Positions 24,521 through 39,570 of a stretch of 64,000 nt of DNA are shown here, piece after piece; position 1 is the first letter of the stretch; every line of letters begins with the position of its first letter. The notes below the pieces were generated by a model. The model made no database searches, was not told where the DNA came from, and saw only the letters and a program-made list of their open reading frames with translations. The stretch comes from Octopus vulgaris (lineage: Eukaryota), in assembly GCA_951406725.2 (NCBI GenBank), contig OX597819.1:106764001-106828000 (forward strand). Direction: 5' to 3'. The position numbers and the translations under genes are program-made.

Positions 24521-27500
24521 AAATTTTTCCCGTGCAAATATGTATCTTTGTGTTTACACGTGTGTGTATAAATGCGTATGTATATGCAGTCACTTATGTA
24601 AGTATACATGTATGAATGTGTATGTAGGCAAGCATGTGTACATATGTGTGTATGTGTGTGTTTGTGTGTTTTTGTGTAAGTATGTATATGTGTTTGTGCG
24701 TGTGTGTACCTTCATTCATAATATTCCTTTCATATATCTTACATCACTTACTTCTTTCCTTCGTAATTTGTGAACGTGAATTTCTCATCTCAATTCCCGT
24801 TTCTGTTTTTGCATTACTTAACTACAGGTTATTTTTTTGTTTCTCTCTATGTCTTTGCCGCTATTATGGAATAGAAAACTGTAATCATCAATACATATGG
24901 AGAAATGCATTGCGACTGTTTACGTTCTGAGCTCAAATCCTAACGAGGTCAATGTTGCCTTCATCCATTAAGCATCGATAAAATAAAGTACGTGTCATGT
25001 ACTGGGGTCGATATAATCGAATTGCTGGCCTTGTGACAAAATTGGAACGAATTAATGTCGTTTTAAAATCAGTTTCTAAATTATCCAATTTGTCCTTCCC
25101 AACATTTATGCAGGTAGGAAATTACACTGAGGGAAATTTGAATGTTATTTGTAGTATGCGACAGTGATATTTCGAGAGAAATGTACAACTAGTGGCAAAG
25201 GCACTAAGCTTGATTGCAACGAGTTCGGCTTCTTCTATACCCTGGTAGTATTTTATATAGAGAATTTTTGACGGTGGTTGTTCTTTGCCCTGAAGGAAGC
25301 CCTAATTGAACATGACTGTTCTGCTCTCCAATTTTATTAGGCAAATTTCTTTTTGTTTATCAAAATATTTTTAAAAAGTTTTGTTTTTTGTTAGACTCGG
25401 ATGAATTCTTTCCTTGGCTTAGACAGAGCGAATGATCCGTGGAAGCCACCCTTATTAACTCTCGTCATCAGACCCAACAACGGTAGTCATGCAATGAGCA
25501 ATACAAAATAGTTTGATGTATTGTTTTGAAGTGTATTTATCCAAAGCGAGCTTGTAATAATCATAACAAATGATTCCAACGAAGGTGTAACGCCTGAGAT
25601 TTGGGTCAGGGATCTGGGGATTTAATGTGAAGCTGACATAGGTGGGATTTGAGCTTCAAAAACCCGAACATATATCGTAAAGCATTTTTCGATGTTTTAA
25701 ATATTCTGCTTGCTTGCTGCCCTTGTAATATTCATAATAGTATACATATTTCGGTCAATACAAAAAAATTAATATAAAATATTTTCCCACTCACTTTACA
25801 TAAATAGATACAAAAGAAACCAAGGCGGTCCAGTAGTGACAATCCAGTCTTTCTTTTCTCAGCTATAACGTTTTTGTATTATATGATCTAGTCAGCACAG
25901 GACATGCCTGGATCTCACCAGGCCAATAAATACCCAAGATTGACTGTATATCACAACATCATATCATTCTCCACAATCAATGAGGTGGCGGCCCCACGGC
26001 AAAACGCATCAAGGATGCTAAATAAATGTATATAATTTGATACCATTTTATGTATATTTGTTTGTGACGGAAATTATACTACAGAAATACAGCAGTTTTT
26101 TATGTTAGCTTAATATATTTTCTTCTATTTCCTCTGCTCAGTCACTCTTTTATCTCAAATATAGTTGCTGCAGTGTTAGGTCTTATTATTTCCTCAACAT
26201 GGTTCTGTAATTTGGGCTACATATTTTAATCTATGTTTTTACCTCTACTGTATAATAAATATTTACAAATTGTCTGGAGTTCGTTAGTTTATTTTCTTTG
26301 CTATCCTTTTGTCTATTTGCTTGTAGTGATTATTTACCGTATGTGAAATATTCTGCTGTTTAAAGGTTTGTTTTTTCCTTTCATCTTTTGAGCTATTATA
26401 GTTCAATAATTTGGATTACGTGTTTGATTTTTATTAATATTTTTGTCACCTAGATGAGAAATATTCGTCACTTTTCTATTTTTTAATATTTTTTTCATTT
26501 TTATTTTCATTTTCATTTGTCCGTTCTTTGATCTTTAGTTTTATTTCTCTCCTGAGAAACGCTCATTTGTTGTGTGAGATGTTATTATTTTCATTAGGTT
26601 AGTTATTCCAGTTCTACAGTTTCGGTTATAGTTTTTCTTTTTCAAGGTTGCCCTCTAGGATATGTTTTATGGAATATATATTGAATATACGAATATATGA
26701 TGGTTTCATTTGATGATAATGATTTTGTTCTTTTCTTTTTTTTTTGTTGTTGTTTAGAATTGAGTTTTCCCTGATTGATGAAATTCATGATCTAATATAT
26801 TCCATCTGTGATCACACGTTTTTTCTTTCTTTTTTAGTCGTTTATATAAAGGCGGCTATATTTTTCATTATATGTAAACTTCTTTATTTATTTGCTGTTT
26901 ATAAGGTACATTTGAAGGATAATTAGCTGCTATTTCGATCAGTTTCAGTGGGCCCTTACTGTCGCCACCATTGATCGAAGTTTCAGTTATGGAGATTTAA
27001 TGAAACTTCGATCGCTGATGTTTTCAAACGTATATTTCCAGGTTAGACATTTCCTCCTTTTATTTTTGGTATTTTATTTCTCAGTGTCTGACACACGCGA
27101 ATAACACATCAATCTAAATTTTACTCACAACAAGAATAGTCATAACAAAGGCAGCGCAGACTAATTCCGAATTAAAAATGGAAGAACAGAAATTTTTCAA
27201 CTGCAACAAAGGGAAGATTTGTTAATGTTTTTGTTTAAACATTTATGATGTACGTGACACAGTCTTCATTTATACATAAAGAAGATTTAAAAAGAAAAGT
27301 AAGAGCCATTTAAAATGGTACCAGACAATGATAATGAGAATATCTTTTATTGAAAGGGACGCCAATGTGTCAGTTTTGTAACAAACTGGGGGGATTAGTT
27401 CATCGAATGGCAAAATCACTCGGTTGCATCTCAAATACTTCAGTTATATATGCGAAGGCATGGCTGCTTGGATAGGTGGATCGTTTTGCAACCGCGTAGG

Positions 27501-27645
27501 TTCGAGTTTAGTGTCACTGCATAACATCCTTGGTAATGGTGTTCTACTATGGCCCTCATATGGACCAGTTCCTTGTGAGTGACTTAGGAAGACGAAAACT
27601 CTGTAGAAGTGCCATATATATATATATATATATACATACACATAC

Positions 27646-27681
<36 letters not shown>

Positions 27682-27682
27682 A

Positions 27683-28860
27683 GACTCGGCAATGACATGC
27701 CCATCTCACATCACCTCCGCGCAGCAGATCATTCTCGCTACAACATCTGTCTGTGTTCGGACTGCTTTTGCGCAGAGGCCACTCGGACTTCAGCCTCCGA
27801 TGTGGACCTGAATTCGCCACTTCTCTTCGTCCTATACCAATCTCACTCATATTTCCACGCAACTCTCAACTTTTACTGCTCCTCCTCTCCACCCCACACT
27901 TTTACACCACCTAACTTAATACCCTCAACACTCACACCCTTATGCACTCATATACACTGCTCAATTCAGTACTCACACCATAAACCATTACCCACGCACG
28001 CACACATTCACAGGAAACATACACTTACATACCTTTCCACTCTACACACAATAGTACCCAATACCTCCCAACCTGTGACTCTCTTCACTCCTATCCCACC
28101 TCCCACCTCCATGCATTCCCCGAAAACATACAATATTCACTTCTAAAACACACATGCACACAACATGCCTAAACACAGACAATATACACATCCACACAAC
28201 ACACATAAACACATAGAACTTTCGCACATAAAAATACACAGTCCACCGCACATATAAGGTCTAAACACACTTCATGCACCAACACTCACACACATCACTC
28301 AAACAAGCACACATTAACTGCAACACACAAGCGCTTACACACATGATAGCCTCACACATGCACAGTCTCACACGCAAATGCACACGTTCATGCGTACACG
28401 CATACTTAAAAAAATGCACTTAATTATACATCTCCCGACACCATGCATACATTGGATTGTTATAAACATAAACACACGCTCCCATACGGACATACTGGCC
28501 ACATAATTTAGGGCTTGCTCACACATATGTTTACATGCTCTCGCCCCATTCACACATACACACGTACCTACACCGTTCTTACACTCACGTACATGCGTCC
28601 TCTGGTTCAGCCGGGTCACTGTTATTATCTCCCCTTCTTTCAATTCTTTCTTCCGATCATTTCTTCTGTTGAACCGTTGAGCCCTATATATTTGGTTCTC
28701 TCCCCGTTTTTTTTTTTCGTTCTCTCACCATTTTCTTCCTCTTAACTCTTTCTGACAAAGATCGCAGGCTTGAGGCGTCAGACGTCTTCATTATTCCCGA
28801 GGACCAAACTAATAATCCTGCTTGTCGTCCCTCCACTTGTCTTCTTTTGTTATTTGTAAA
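27683..28860 (+). mobile_element. Penelope-like 3' remnant (GIY-YIG tail, CA-rich tract, pseudo-LTR)
   Basis: 27683-27765 is similar to 37713-37790 (gactcggcaatgaca...catctgtctgtgttcggactg). Decayed hammerhead-like motif at 28748-28782. Confidence 0.55.
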
Positions 28861-28863
28861 TTT

Positions 28864-28947
<84 letters not shown>

Positions 28948-29548
28948 CAACTGTCTCTGACAGTGTGTGTACGTATGTGTGTGAAAGTCTTGTGCGTATG
29001 CGTGTGAAAGATGTGCGAGTCATTTTGATTGTATTTGCTCGCCCAACAACTGCTTGATACCCGGTGTTGGTTTGTTTATGTCCCCGTAATCTACCAGTTT
29101 GCCAAAGAGACCGTTAGGATAAGTACCAGTTTTTAAAGAATATTAAGTACCGGGGTGATTTGATCGACTAAATACTTCAAGGTCTCGTCCCCCAAGATAC
29201 TCGGTAGAAGAACATATTTGGGATATGTTCTGTAACCAAGTGTATCTACCTGTTGGAAGAACGATATAAGCTACTTATACAGATGTGGAAGAGACATTTA
29301 CAAAACTGCCATGCTTAAGTTTAACATGACACCAGAAACCATTATAAAAGTATCTCATGTCGTAAATCGAAAGATCAAGCTAAGTTCAGAGGATTCTTAA
29401 TTATCTGAGTTGGAATCTCTAATCTTGTGTACGTGTTATTATATAGTAGTGATTTATCACTCCGCTTTTGATTAAAATTTTCTTAACGAGTATAAATTAT
29501 TTCCTTCAGTAATGCGATATAACAAACAGAAAAGTAGAAGAAAAAATA

Positions 29549-30537
29549 TGGGGTCGTATCAAAATGTTCTCGGAGTAAATTCGTAGCCCGCCAACAGATG
29601 GCAACACATGGTTGCATGTGCAGTGAGAGCTAGCAATGACCTTCATGAGGTGGTGAGCTGAGTGACATAGCTATGTTTACTTCGCATCTTGTGAAACTTG
29701 TGTTTTTGTGATTACGTATATGTTGTAATGCCATTTTTGTCATGGACAGGAAGTTAGAACAAAAAAGCCAACGTGAAATTTTACGTTAAACTTGGAAAGT
29801 CTCCTGCTGCCATGTTTAATATGCATCCGCAAGCTTACGGCGACGACGCAATTGGGTCATACGTAATGTTCCTAGTGGTATGGGCGCACAACAAAGCCAC
29901 AGCTCAATCAAGAACATGCTCATCGTCCCTGAGAATTTGATCCCGATGGCCAGAATGTCAATCGAGAGTTCAGCTGCTAAGTTTTGAAGCGTTTGAAGGA
30001 GCACAATCAGCGAAAGCGACCGGATCTAGGGAACGTGAAAAGTTGGATTCTTCACGACAACAGCGCCCCCAATTACCGAGCTCTCCTCACTCGTCAGTTT
30101 TTTGCCCAAAACAACATAGTATTACTTACACCCCAGCCCTATTCGCCAGATTTAGGGCCTGCAAACTTCAGTCTCTTCTACAAGATGAAAATTCAACTCA
30201 AAGGTGCTCATTTTAACATTGTTCTAGAGATCCAGGGTGAATCGCAGAAGATCCTCGACTCGCTCACGAAAGTCGACTTCCAGGTTGGATTCCAAAAGTG
30301 GCAGGAACCTTGGCACCGGTGTATTGCCGAGCAAGGTGACTATTTTCAAGGAGATGATTTTAAAACTTAGGTAAAACTTAGGCGCAGGAGTGGCTGTGTG
30401 GTAAGTAGCTTGCTAACAAACCACATGGTTCCGGGTTCAGTCCCACTGCGTGGCACCTTGGGCAGGTGTCTTCTGCTATAGCCCTGACAATTGCCTTGTG
30501 AGTGGATTTGCTAGACGGAAACTGAAAGAAGCCCGTC

Positions 30538-30602
<65 letters not shown>

Positions 30603-30874
30603 CGTATGTTTGTGTGTCTGTGTTTGTCCCCCCAACATTGCTTGACAACCGATGCTGGTGTGTTTACGTCCCCGTTACTTAGCAGTTCGGCAAAAGAGAC
30701 CGATAGAATAAGTACTGGGCTTACAAAAGAATAAGTTCCGGGGTCGAGTTGCTTGATTAAAGGCGATGCTTCAGCATGGCCGCGGTCAAATGACTGAAAC
30801 AAGTAAAAGAGTAAAAGAGTAAAATATGTTATTTTTTCTTAAAACTAGTGCGGGAAATTTTTGATACCACATCG
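29549..30874 (+). mobile_element. Internally deleted mariner transposon interrupted by a SINE
   Basis: Decayed TIRs (tggggtcgtatcaaaatgttctcgg / gcgggaaatttttgataccacatcg) with TA flanks. ORF 29984-30370 has WILHDNSAP...YSPDLGPANFSLF...GDYFQG. Confidence 0.85.
30381..30824 (+). mobile_element. Full-length SINE family B with internal (TA)n(TG)n
   Basis: tRNA-like head (gtggctgtgtggtaag / gggttcagtccc), internal microsatellite, tail of gtaaaaga repeats. Confidence 0.9.
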
Positions 30875-32099
30875 TATGTATAAATATAAAGAACTCAAAA
30901 CTGTGATAATTTATTACGTTGTTGCATACATTAATGACATGTATATTGTCTAGTCACGTGTGTGTGTATGTATACACATGCCTATCAGCGTATATTTATG
31001 CGTGTGTATCGATTTTTGACGGGAGCAATTGAAATCATCTCCATTGATACTGTAACATTCATGCCTTTATTGTACTCCTTCACGGCACCCTTTTCTTGAC
31101 CCCAACTTCTAAATTTTAATTCCTCTCACTATCGCTCTTTGTCTCTCTATAATCACCTCTAACTTCATCTTTCATCTTCCATTTGTGTTGTACTTTGTAG
31201 GTTTATATTTTAAAAAAATCTATTTAATTAAGCAGGTAGCCATACTTATTTTATGAGAGGTATTTCAAATTACAGTTACGACCAAACATATTTTTCAAAT
31301 TTATTAGCAATTCACACATCAACAAATTCAATTGCAACGTGAAGAGATATTGAGAAAATATAGTTTTGAATATAATTGCTATTTCTAGTTTAACGAACAC
31401 AACTTGTTTTGCAAATGTGAGCATCCAGTGTGTAATTTGAGAGCAGGAAATTATAGAACTGTAAACAAAGTATGAGGGGGCACGAGACAAGGCAAACTGA
31501 AATAGTAGTAGGTGATGCAGATCGTGAGAGTGGTAGAAAGAGATGGTTCACAAGAAGAACAATTATGTCAGAAGTTTCGAGAATTACATTGGAAACTGAG
31601 CCCACCTGGGTGTTTCAAATTGTTATTGATGAAAGGAAGAGACCCTCTGTAGAACATTCATAACTTTTCTATGCAACTGAATTCAATTAGGGATTTGTCA
31701 TCATGAATGGACAACTACACTGATAAAGACAAATCATTCTGCAATGCAAAGACAAATGTCAAAAATATGAGACATACAACCTGTGTTGCATTGAAATTTC
31801 TTCAGTGGTGAAGACGAATATGGCTTTGAAATATTAAAAACCGGATAAAATTCTTGACAATCTAACTGATACAAGTATATAATTTTAATGTTCGAGTTAA
31901 ACCATTCAACCAGCTGTATCGAACCTGTTTGCTAATATGCAATCGGAGGGATTGGGCTATATTAAAACACGTTATGAAAGTATCTGAAATACAAACCCTT
32001 CGACGCTTTAATGAGATGCAATCAATAACGACGTAACTGAGAGTTTGATTAGCTTTGCATTATTCCTTCAAGCTTCACTAGTAAGCTTCGAGATACATA

Positions 32100-32270
32100 G
32101 GCACAGGGGTAGCTGTGTGGTAAGTAGCTTGCTTACCAACCACAGGATTCCGGGTTCAGTCCCACTACTTGGCACCTTGGGCAAATGTCTTCTACTATAG
32201 CCTCAGGCCGACCAAAGCCTTGTGAGTGGATTTGGTAGAGGGAAATCGAAAGAAACCCGTCGTATATATG

Positions 32271-32313
<43 letters not shown>

Positions 32314-32520
32314 ATGTTTGTGAGTCTGTGCTTGACCTCCCAACGTCTCTTGACAACCGGTGCTGGTGCGTTTACGTCACCGTAACTTACCGGTTCGGCA
32401 AAAGAGACCGATAGAATACGTACTAGACTTACAAAGAATAAGTCCTGGAGTCGATTTGCTCGACATGCAGTGCTCCAGCATGGCCGCAGTCAAACGAATG
32501 AAACAAGTAAAAGAGTAAAG
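32100..32520 (+). mobile_element. Full-length SINE family B
   Basis: Collinear with 30381-30824. Confidence 0.9.
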
Positions 32521-33339
32521 AGATTATATGCATAAGCTAATGCGTCTCCGTGGCTATCACCTGCAACTCAAATAGAAACGAAACATCACGAAGATATCTT
32601 TCAAGACCAAGTATACATTTGCAGGCTGCATCTTACAGACACTTAAGATGAATATATGGATCGTTCACACTCAACATAGAATGATAAAAAGGGGTCTTGA
32701 CACAAACCCAATCTAATTAATTCCATTATATTAGAAGGGTTTCCATATTCTGGTATGGAGGAAAGACTACTCAATAATCTTAAAACGAAATTGAATTATA
32801 GTCTATGTGGTATCTTGAACGGAAATTCGTTTTACATGGGAAACAACAAATGCATCAACCGAACTCCAGAAAGATATGCTTAGGATATTCAAACAGAGAA
32901 AGGTTGTTATCATTCAAATAGAACACCAGAGGATAAAGGATCCCACGAAATGGATTTGTTAGAAAGTGTGAAAATGATAACACATGATTAGTTTCATATT
33001 GTCTAACCGTGCTCAAGGTATTTACTCAGCATATCTCCATAAGTTCACTCAAAGTGCTTCCAAGCTGTACAGGAATAGTCCCTTAGTAAAATCAATGTTG
33101 ATCCATCAAAATCTGTCCGATCATACATGGAAAAATAAGCTGGAAGTATAAGAAATCAGGGTGCCGTAGCTGCAGTTGGGCTATTAGTTAACAAGAATGT
33201 TTTTTTCTCACACTTCTACTCGAAGTTCATTTCAAGATCTAGTAACTGTCAAATGGTGAATATTGCGTAATCTGCGAACAAATATGCGTAAGGTCAGACT
33301 TCGCTGGGCCATGATCGCCAGGTGTTTTATTAGGAGCAA

Positions 33340-34200
33340 GTAGCATTCATTTTGTAATAATGTAATTAATATATTATAAAGCAGTATTTCACTATGTAAT
33401 GGATTATTGGCCTCAATTGTGACTGTTATGCTTTTGTCGATGTTCCGGCACCTGTTTTCTGAGGGAGGAGGCTCGCGTGTTTAGGTGTTCTTTAATGCGA
33501 ATGTGTAAGGGACTTGTTGTACTACCCACATAGAACTTGTTGCATTTGTTACATTGTATTCTATGCACAGCATTTATCTGATGGCATAAATCTGTGTCAC
33601 AGATGGGGAAGTTAGCTAGTGTGCATCGATTGCTCGTTTCTTTGCTAATTGTCTTCTCAGAGAGGAGCCGGAGTGGGCTAGTTGTATGTCTAATCCTTCT
33701 CTCCTTATGGCTCTTCGGATGGCTGTAGTTATCCTCCCGATAAAATGGGGTATTTTAAAGGAAGTGTGTGTTGCTGGGTTTTTTGTGTGCTCGGTGTGTT
33801 TGTCGTCTTGGGTACTTAAGTCGATTTACAATAGCTATATAGTACCCGTTGGTTATCAGTACCTCTAGGAAGCATGTGGTGTTGGTCACCATGTCCTCTG
33901 TCCTGCTGCATTTGCTCTGGATGTATGGAAGTTCATTTCTTCTTTTTTTTCCCGAGTGGAAGGGCTGAATAGTAGTGAACAAACATATATCTACTGGCTG
34001 CTTTCCTGTAGAACTCGGTGTGAATCTCTCCTTCTTCCGTTATATTCAGTTTGAAGTCGAGCAGCGATAGGGATCCGGTATTGTCGGGATGTTCTATAGT
34101 GAACCGTATATTCATGTCCATGGTGAACGTCGTGAATATTCTGTCTGCCTCTTCACGGGTGGCTGTGTATGAGGATGTCACCTACGTACCTGGTAGTATG
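33340..34200 (-). mobile_element. Penelope-like element 3' half (RT C-terminus and GIY-YIG endonuclease)
   Basis: Minus strand TRYVGDILI, IRFTIEHPD...LSLLDFKL...TEFYRKAA, and NAVHRIQCNKCNKFYVGSTTSPLHIRIKEHL. Confidence 0.85.
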
Positions 34201-35455
34201 ATTTAATAAACTGCAGTAGGACCCTGTATTTGTAACCATAATAGTGATTAGCAAGTGATTTATTTGTATTCGTTTAATTAATTTAGTGTTTTGTGTTAAG
34301 CCTTCTCATAGGTCTACTAGGCTGAGTGTATTTAGGAACCTTTAGACAATTACTGTTTGTCTAGTAAGACCACCGCTTGGGATTGTGGTGGCTATTTCAG
34401 AAGATAGATTTAGTATTATAATTATATAATTTGAAGGTAAATGATCGAGCCATTACCTCCCCGTAACGGTAGTCTCCTCTTAACTGTAGTACCTTCTGTC
34501 GCATGGTGCTTGTTTACATGTTTGGTTAGTTTATTTATAATATCATAAGCGACTTTGGGCCACTAATAACATACGATATTTCTCCATAATTTTACTTTTT
34601 ATCTTCATTTACTTCTTTATTTACATCTACCCCTGTAACGGTCTTAATAGCTTGCACTTTGGTTTTTAAATTTATCTGACCAATTATATTGATGGCTGAA
34701 CTTTGGTCAATCCAATTACGGAAAACATGTGGTTGGTCTTTATAATGCATCAGTAAGTATATTAATGTAATTATTTTATGGGCATGTTATTTGGATAAAC
34801 ATTAATTAGTATTCTGTTGTGTCAGGGGAAAGTCATTTTCTCTTTTTGCCTTATAATGTAACACACTCACTGGTAAAATTTCCACTTATTATTTCTTATT
34901 TATATTGTCGAAAAATTTTCATTGCATCTTGCACCAGAATATGCTTCAACACACGAACTCATATAAAGAAACCTGCAAACCAAAACCAAAAACGAAATTA
35001 ATTAGTATTATTTACGAAATCTTAAGTAATATTATTATCTAGACCTATTGGCAGATCCCGTTATACTGAAATACTTTTTTCATTTTTATATTGTTTACAC
35101 ACCATGTTACCCATAAAAAAAAATTAACCCACCAATTAATTTTCTAGTTTAATCATTTGCTCGACTTAAAGCGTTACACTGTAAATTGGTATGATGTGAA
35201 TATATTAAGCCTTCTTTTCTCATCTCGAGTCTGTACTCTTATTTCATGTATTTTTCTTCACTCTGATGAAACTCATTGTTCCAGATCGGATCTGCTATAG
35301 AATATGAAGAATATTATTCTCAGAATTTTCATTGGTAGTGCTGACGGATATTGGAAGCAGATACGGCTGTTAATAATGATAAAGTTTTATATTAAAAAAT
35401 AGTAATCGATGGTAGTCTATTTGTTCGTTGATGAAGGATTTTCTCCATTTACTGC

Positions 35456-35504
<49 letters not shown>

Positions 35505-36048
35505 GTAATTATAAATACGGGCAAAAAGAAAAACAGTTCATTGCCACTGTGCTGAAAAATAGATGCTACATCATCTAATCACATTGAATATTTTCACTTG
35601 TATTATTACAAGATATGCTGGCCACTAATAAAAAAATATCTATTTGGATATATTTCAGGAACGTAAATGTATACATGACATTTCATCTGCTTTTCCGTGG
35701 GTATGTGTAAGCATTTAATTTATTTTCTTTTTGTATTACTCGCTGATGAAGGAAAAATCCTTTTTGGATTAATCTAGTGATCGGAACCAATTCGGGGATA
35801 ACTATATTTTTATGAATTTCTATTAGCTTGCTTTCCTCATTTCGGCACGTGGTGTAGTAATACAAGAGAAAATATTTAATGTGGTTAGAAGATTTAGCGT
35901 TTATTTTTCAGTATATTGGCACAGAGAGTTTTTCTTTTTCCCCATATTTAAAATTGTATGTATAATTTTCACCTTAAAAGGTACTTTTCATATGCTGGCC
36001 ACTGAAAAAAATTACACACACACACATATATGTGTGTGTGTATGTTTG

Positions 36049-36338
<290 letters not shown>

Positions 36339-37307
36339 TCTGCTGATGCTTTGTCAACGCAATAAATGCGTATGTGGAATGAAAGAAATGTGTATTATAA
36401 AGTTACAGAACAAATCGAAATCAATATGAAGCATTCAGAGATCAGTTAATAAAATGCATGTTACACAAACCAACTAGAATCAAATGCTATTGGTATACTG
36501 TTCACAATTGTAGACATATCTCAACCACTGTTATATGTCACTAATTACCAACTGGGTTTAATGACTCAATATATTTCTTCTAATATTTTAGTATGAATAA
36601 ACATAATTTTACAGAAGTTGGATACTTGTAAAAAATGTGGATTTATTCTAATAGACAATCACAACTACACACATTATACTCTTAATGAACTGGTGGAACG
36701 TATTCATTGATTATAAGTCAAGAAAATAGGTTCGACAGCAATCTATAGAAAGATCAATTAATAAGAAAAAAATTTAAGAAAGTACTTTATATTATTTAAA
36801 AAATTATAAAATACACTTTAATCTGTTATTTCTATGTATTTCAGTCATTACACTGCGGCCATGCTGGGGCTCCACATTGAAGAGTTTCAGTCGAACGAAT
36901 CGACATCAATACATTGTTTTTTTACAGCTTGGTACTTATTCGATCTACTTTTTCTGCTTTGCTAAACTAAGCCAACACAGGCCACCATGTTTAACCTTCA
37001 AATACCAAAACAATGGATAATATATAAAATCCATGGAATACGCTGGGGAGAATACAATGTTAATGAAACTACAATTTTAATTGGAATAGTATTATATTGT
37101 GAGTTGGTTGTTAACGATATAATTTGAGTGTGCAAATGATAAATTTCAGTATAGGTTACAGAAGTTAAAAGTGAAAGAAAATGAATGATCGAACGAGAGA
37201 TAGTATATTGTTTATCAAATTCAACGGACATATATATATGTTCGGTGGGATTTTTAGATCTATCTATATATCTATGCGAGTATATATCTATGTATGTATC
37301 TATGTAT

Positions 37308-37367
<60 letters not shown>

Positions 37368-37371
37368 TGTA

Positions 37372-37414
<43 letters not shown>

Positions 37415-37415
<1 letters not shown>

Positions 37416-37960
37416 GGAGTCGGTGATGTGATAGGGACGATGGTGTGTGCTTGTGAGGGTGGTGGTTCTGGAGGGGTAGGGCAGGTGCGATAGAGTGGGC
37501 GGTAGCAGAGAATGAGCCAGGTTGCCCCTACCTCTCCAATACTATCATCCTCACCGGTACCCATCATCGTCCCTATCACATCGCCCACTCCTTTACCTGC
37601 ACTTCTAGTAACGTCATTTAATGCATCACCTGCCCTTTCTGTCATTCCCTCTTCATTCGTCAAACAGGACTCTGCTTGGCTGACTGGTTCGCGGAGCACC
37701 TCCGAGACATCAGACTCGGCAATGACACTCCGGTCTCGCGCCATTTCCGCTCTACCGGTCATTCGCTACATCTGTCTGTGTTCGGACTGTCTTTCGTTAG
37801 GGAACATCCGGACTCCTGCCTTCGCATTGAACAGTACTTAATCTTCTCTCTTCACTCCTTTGCGCCACTTGGGCTCAACTCACCTCCTCTCTGCATTTGA
37901 TACCACACAACACCACTCTACACACACTAGCACTGACTACTTCCCAGTGCCGAAACCACA
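37415..37960 (+). mobile_element. Penelope-like GIY-YIG endonuclease fragment with inverted 5' segment
   Basis: CPYLSNT...[18 protein letters not shown]...QTG...[20 protein letters not shown]. 37415-37484 is an inverted homolog of 37520-37592. Confidence 0.8.
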
Positions 37961-37971
37961 CGCCATATATA

Positions 37972-38058
<87 letters not shown>

Positions 38059-39498
38059 CATACATACATTTGTACATATAGCTGTCATACGGACATGCAT
38101 TATATATATATGGGTGTGAAGGAAAGAGAATATATATGAATCTGACATCATGGATTTGAACGTTTCTTGACTACATTATATGGAAGTTTAACTGCTAAAA
38201 TAACCCCAAAATTTGTTTTGTAAAGAATATTACTTCTCTGAAACAATGACGTTTCCACATGGTTCATTTTAAATAATTTCTCAGACACTGTCTCATATCA
38301 TACTATAAAATCATGTATAAAATGATTGAAAGAACAAACGTACAATGAAAGAGTTTCAAACTTCACCTGACATAAAATTCATAGTCTGGATATTTCATAT
38401 TGATAAAAGTCAAATCCTTGATTAGTATCATAAATCTTGTTGATTTGAAGAAGTATATATATCTTCAAAGCAGAGGTTGATTGGTGTCGTAATAAATGTC
38501 AAATGTCACCCTGCAAACCGGTTATATAAGCTGTCATGTGGTACACTAAATACTTTATATAGTATGGCATACATCTCATATTTAGGCCTATTATATATTA
38601 TATATGCGTCTCTGTGTTTTGTGTGTGTGTTTCTGTTTGTGTGTGGGTCATTTTAATTAATCTCATTCAGTGAATGAACAATTTCAACTTTAAAGCAGTC
38701 TACCTTGGAGAACAATAACGCGGCTTTTGAAGATGACTACAAAAATAATTGTAAGCCAGAAAGATGAAAAAGAAAAGCTATAAATGATATTTGTGTCAGA
38801 AAGAATGCACAGTTTTGTCCATCAATGTTGACAATACCAAGTTGATTCAAAAACGGTTCTGGTAGGACGAATTCAATTTTATGTAAGTTGAACTCTCAAT
38901 TTATGTTCTTAAAGTTAGAATATTTGTCGTATATCATGTTGCATATTAGATTTAATAAGAAAATATAATAGACGGACTAATTTGCATGAGACTAACGTAC
39001 ATGAAAATAAAATAGTATGTGACTGTGAAATAAATGTCATAGAATGTTAGAAAGGAAGCAAGTCAAGAATAACATATACTATAGTGGAAATTAATGTGAA
39101 ATCGGTTACAGTAACAGTTGGATTAAATTAAATTCATAACCGCAAATAATGTTATAGTGTAAAGTTAATATACTGCATCAGAAAATACAATATAATTGAT
39201 AAGGATGATACTCAATACAGGAGCGGATTGACTTTTAATATTACTGTGAATTATGAGAGAAGTGTAAGAACTGTTTCATCAGTGCAAAAACGTGACATTG
39301 TAGAGACTTTCTACTGTAAACAAAGAGGTGTTCAAATTGATAACTACTTGACAGTTTAGTAAAATAATCAAATAACTGACTAATAAAGTATAGATCGATT
39401 AGAACAAATAGGTGTTATCAGAGTATTTACGTATAACTTCAATTTATGAGACTAGTCGGTTCATGTGACTGGTGTTTTATACATACATACAAACATAC

Positions 39499-39570
<72 letters not shown>

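Noticed and set aside
31472-31760. 63-aa ORF as a host exon
   Set aside because: No recognisable domain. IVVGD...DER..VIMN hints at a decayed LINE endonuclease but is too weak to annotate.
35743-35770. CTGATGA-agga(aaaa)tcct hammerhead-like start
   Set aside because: The required GAAA and stem III do not follow.
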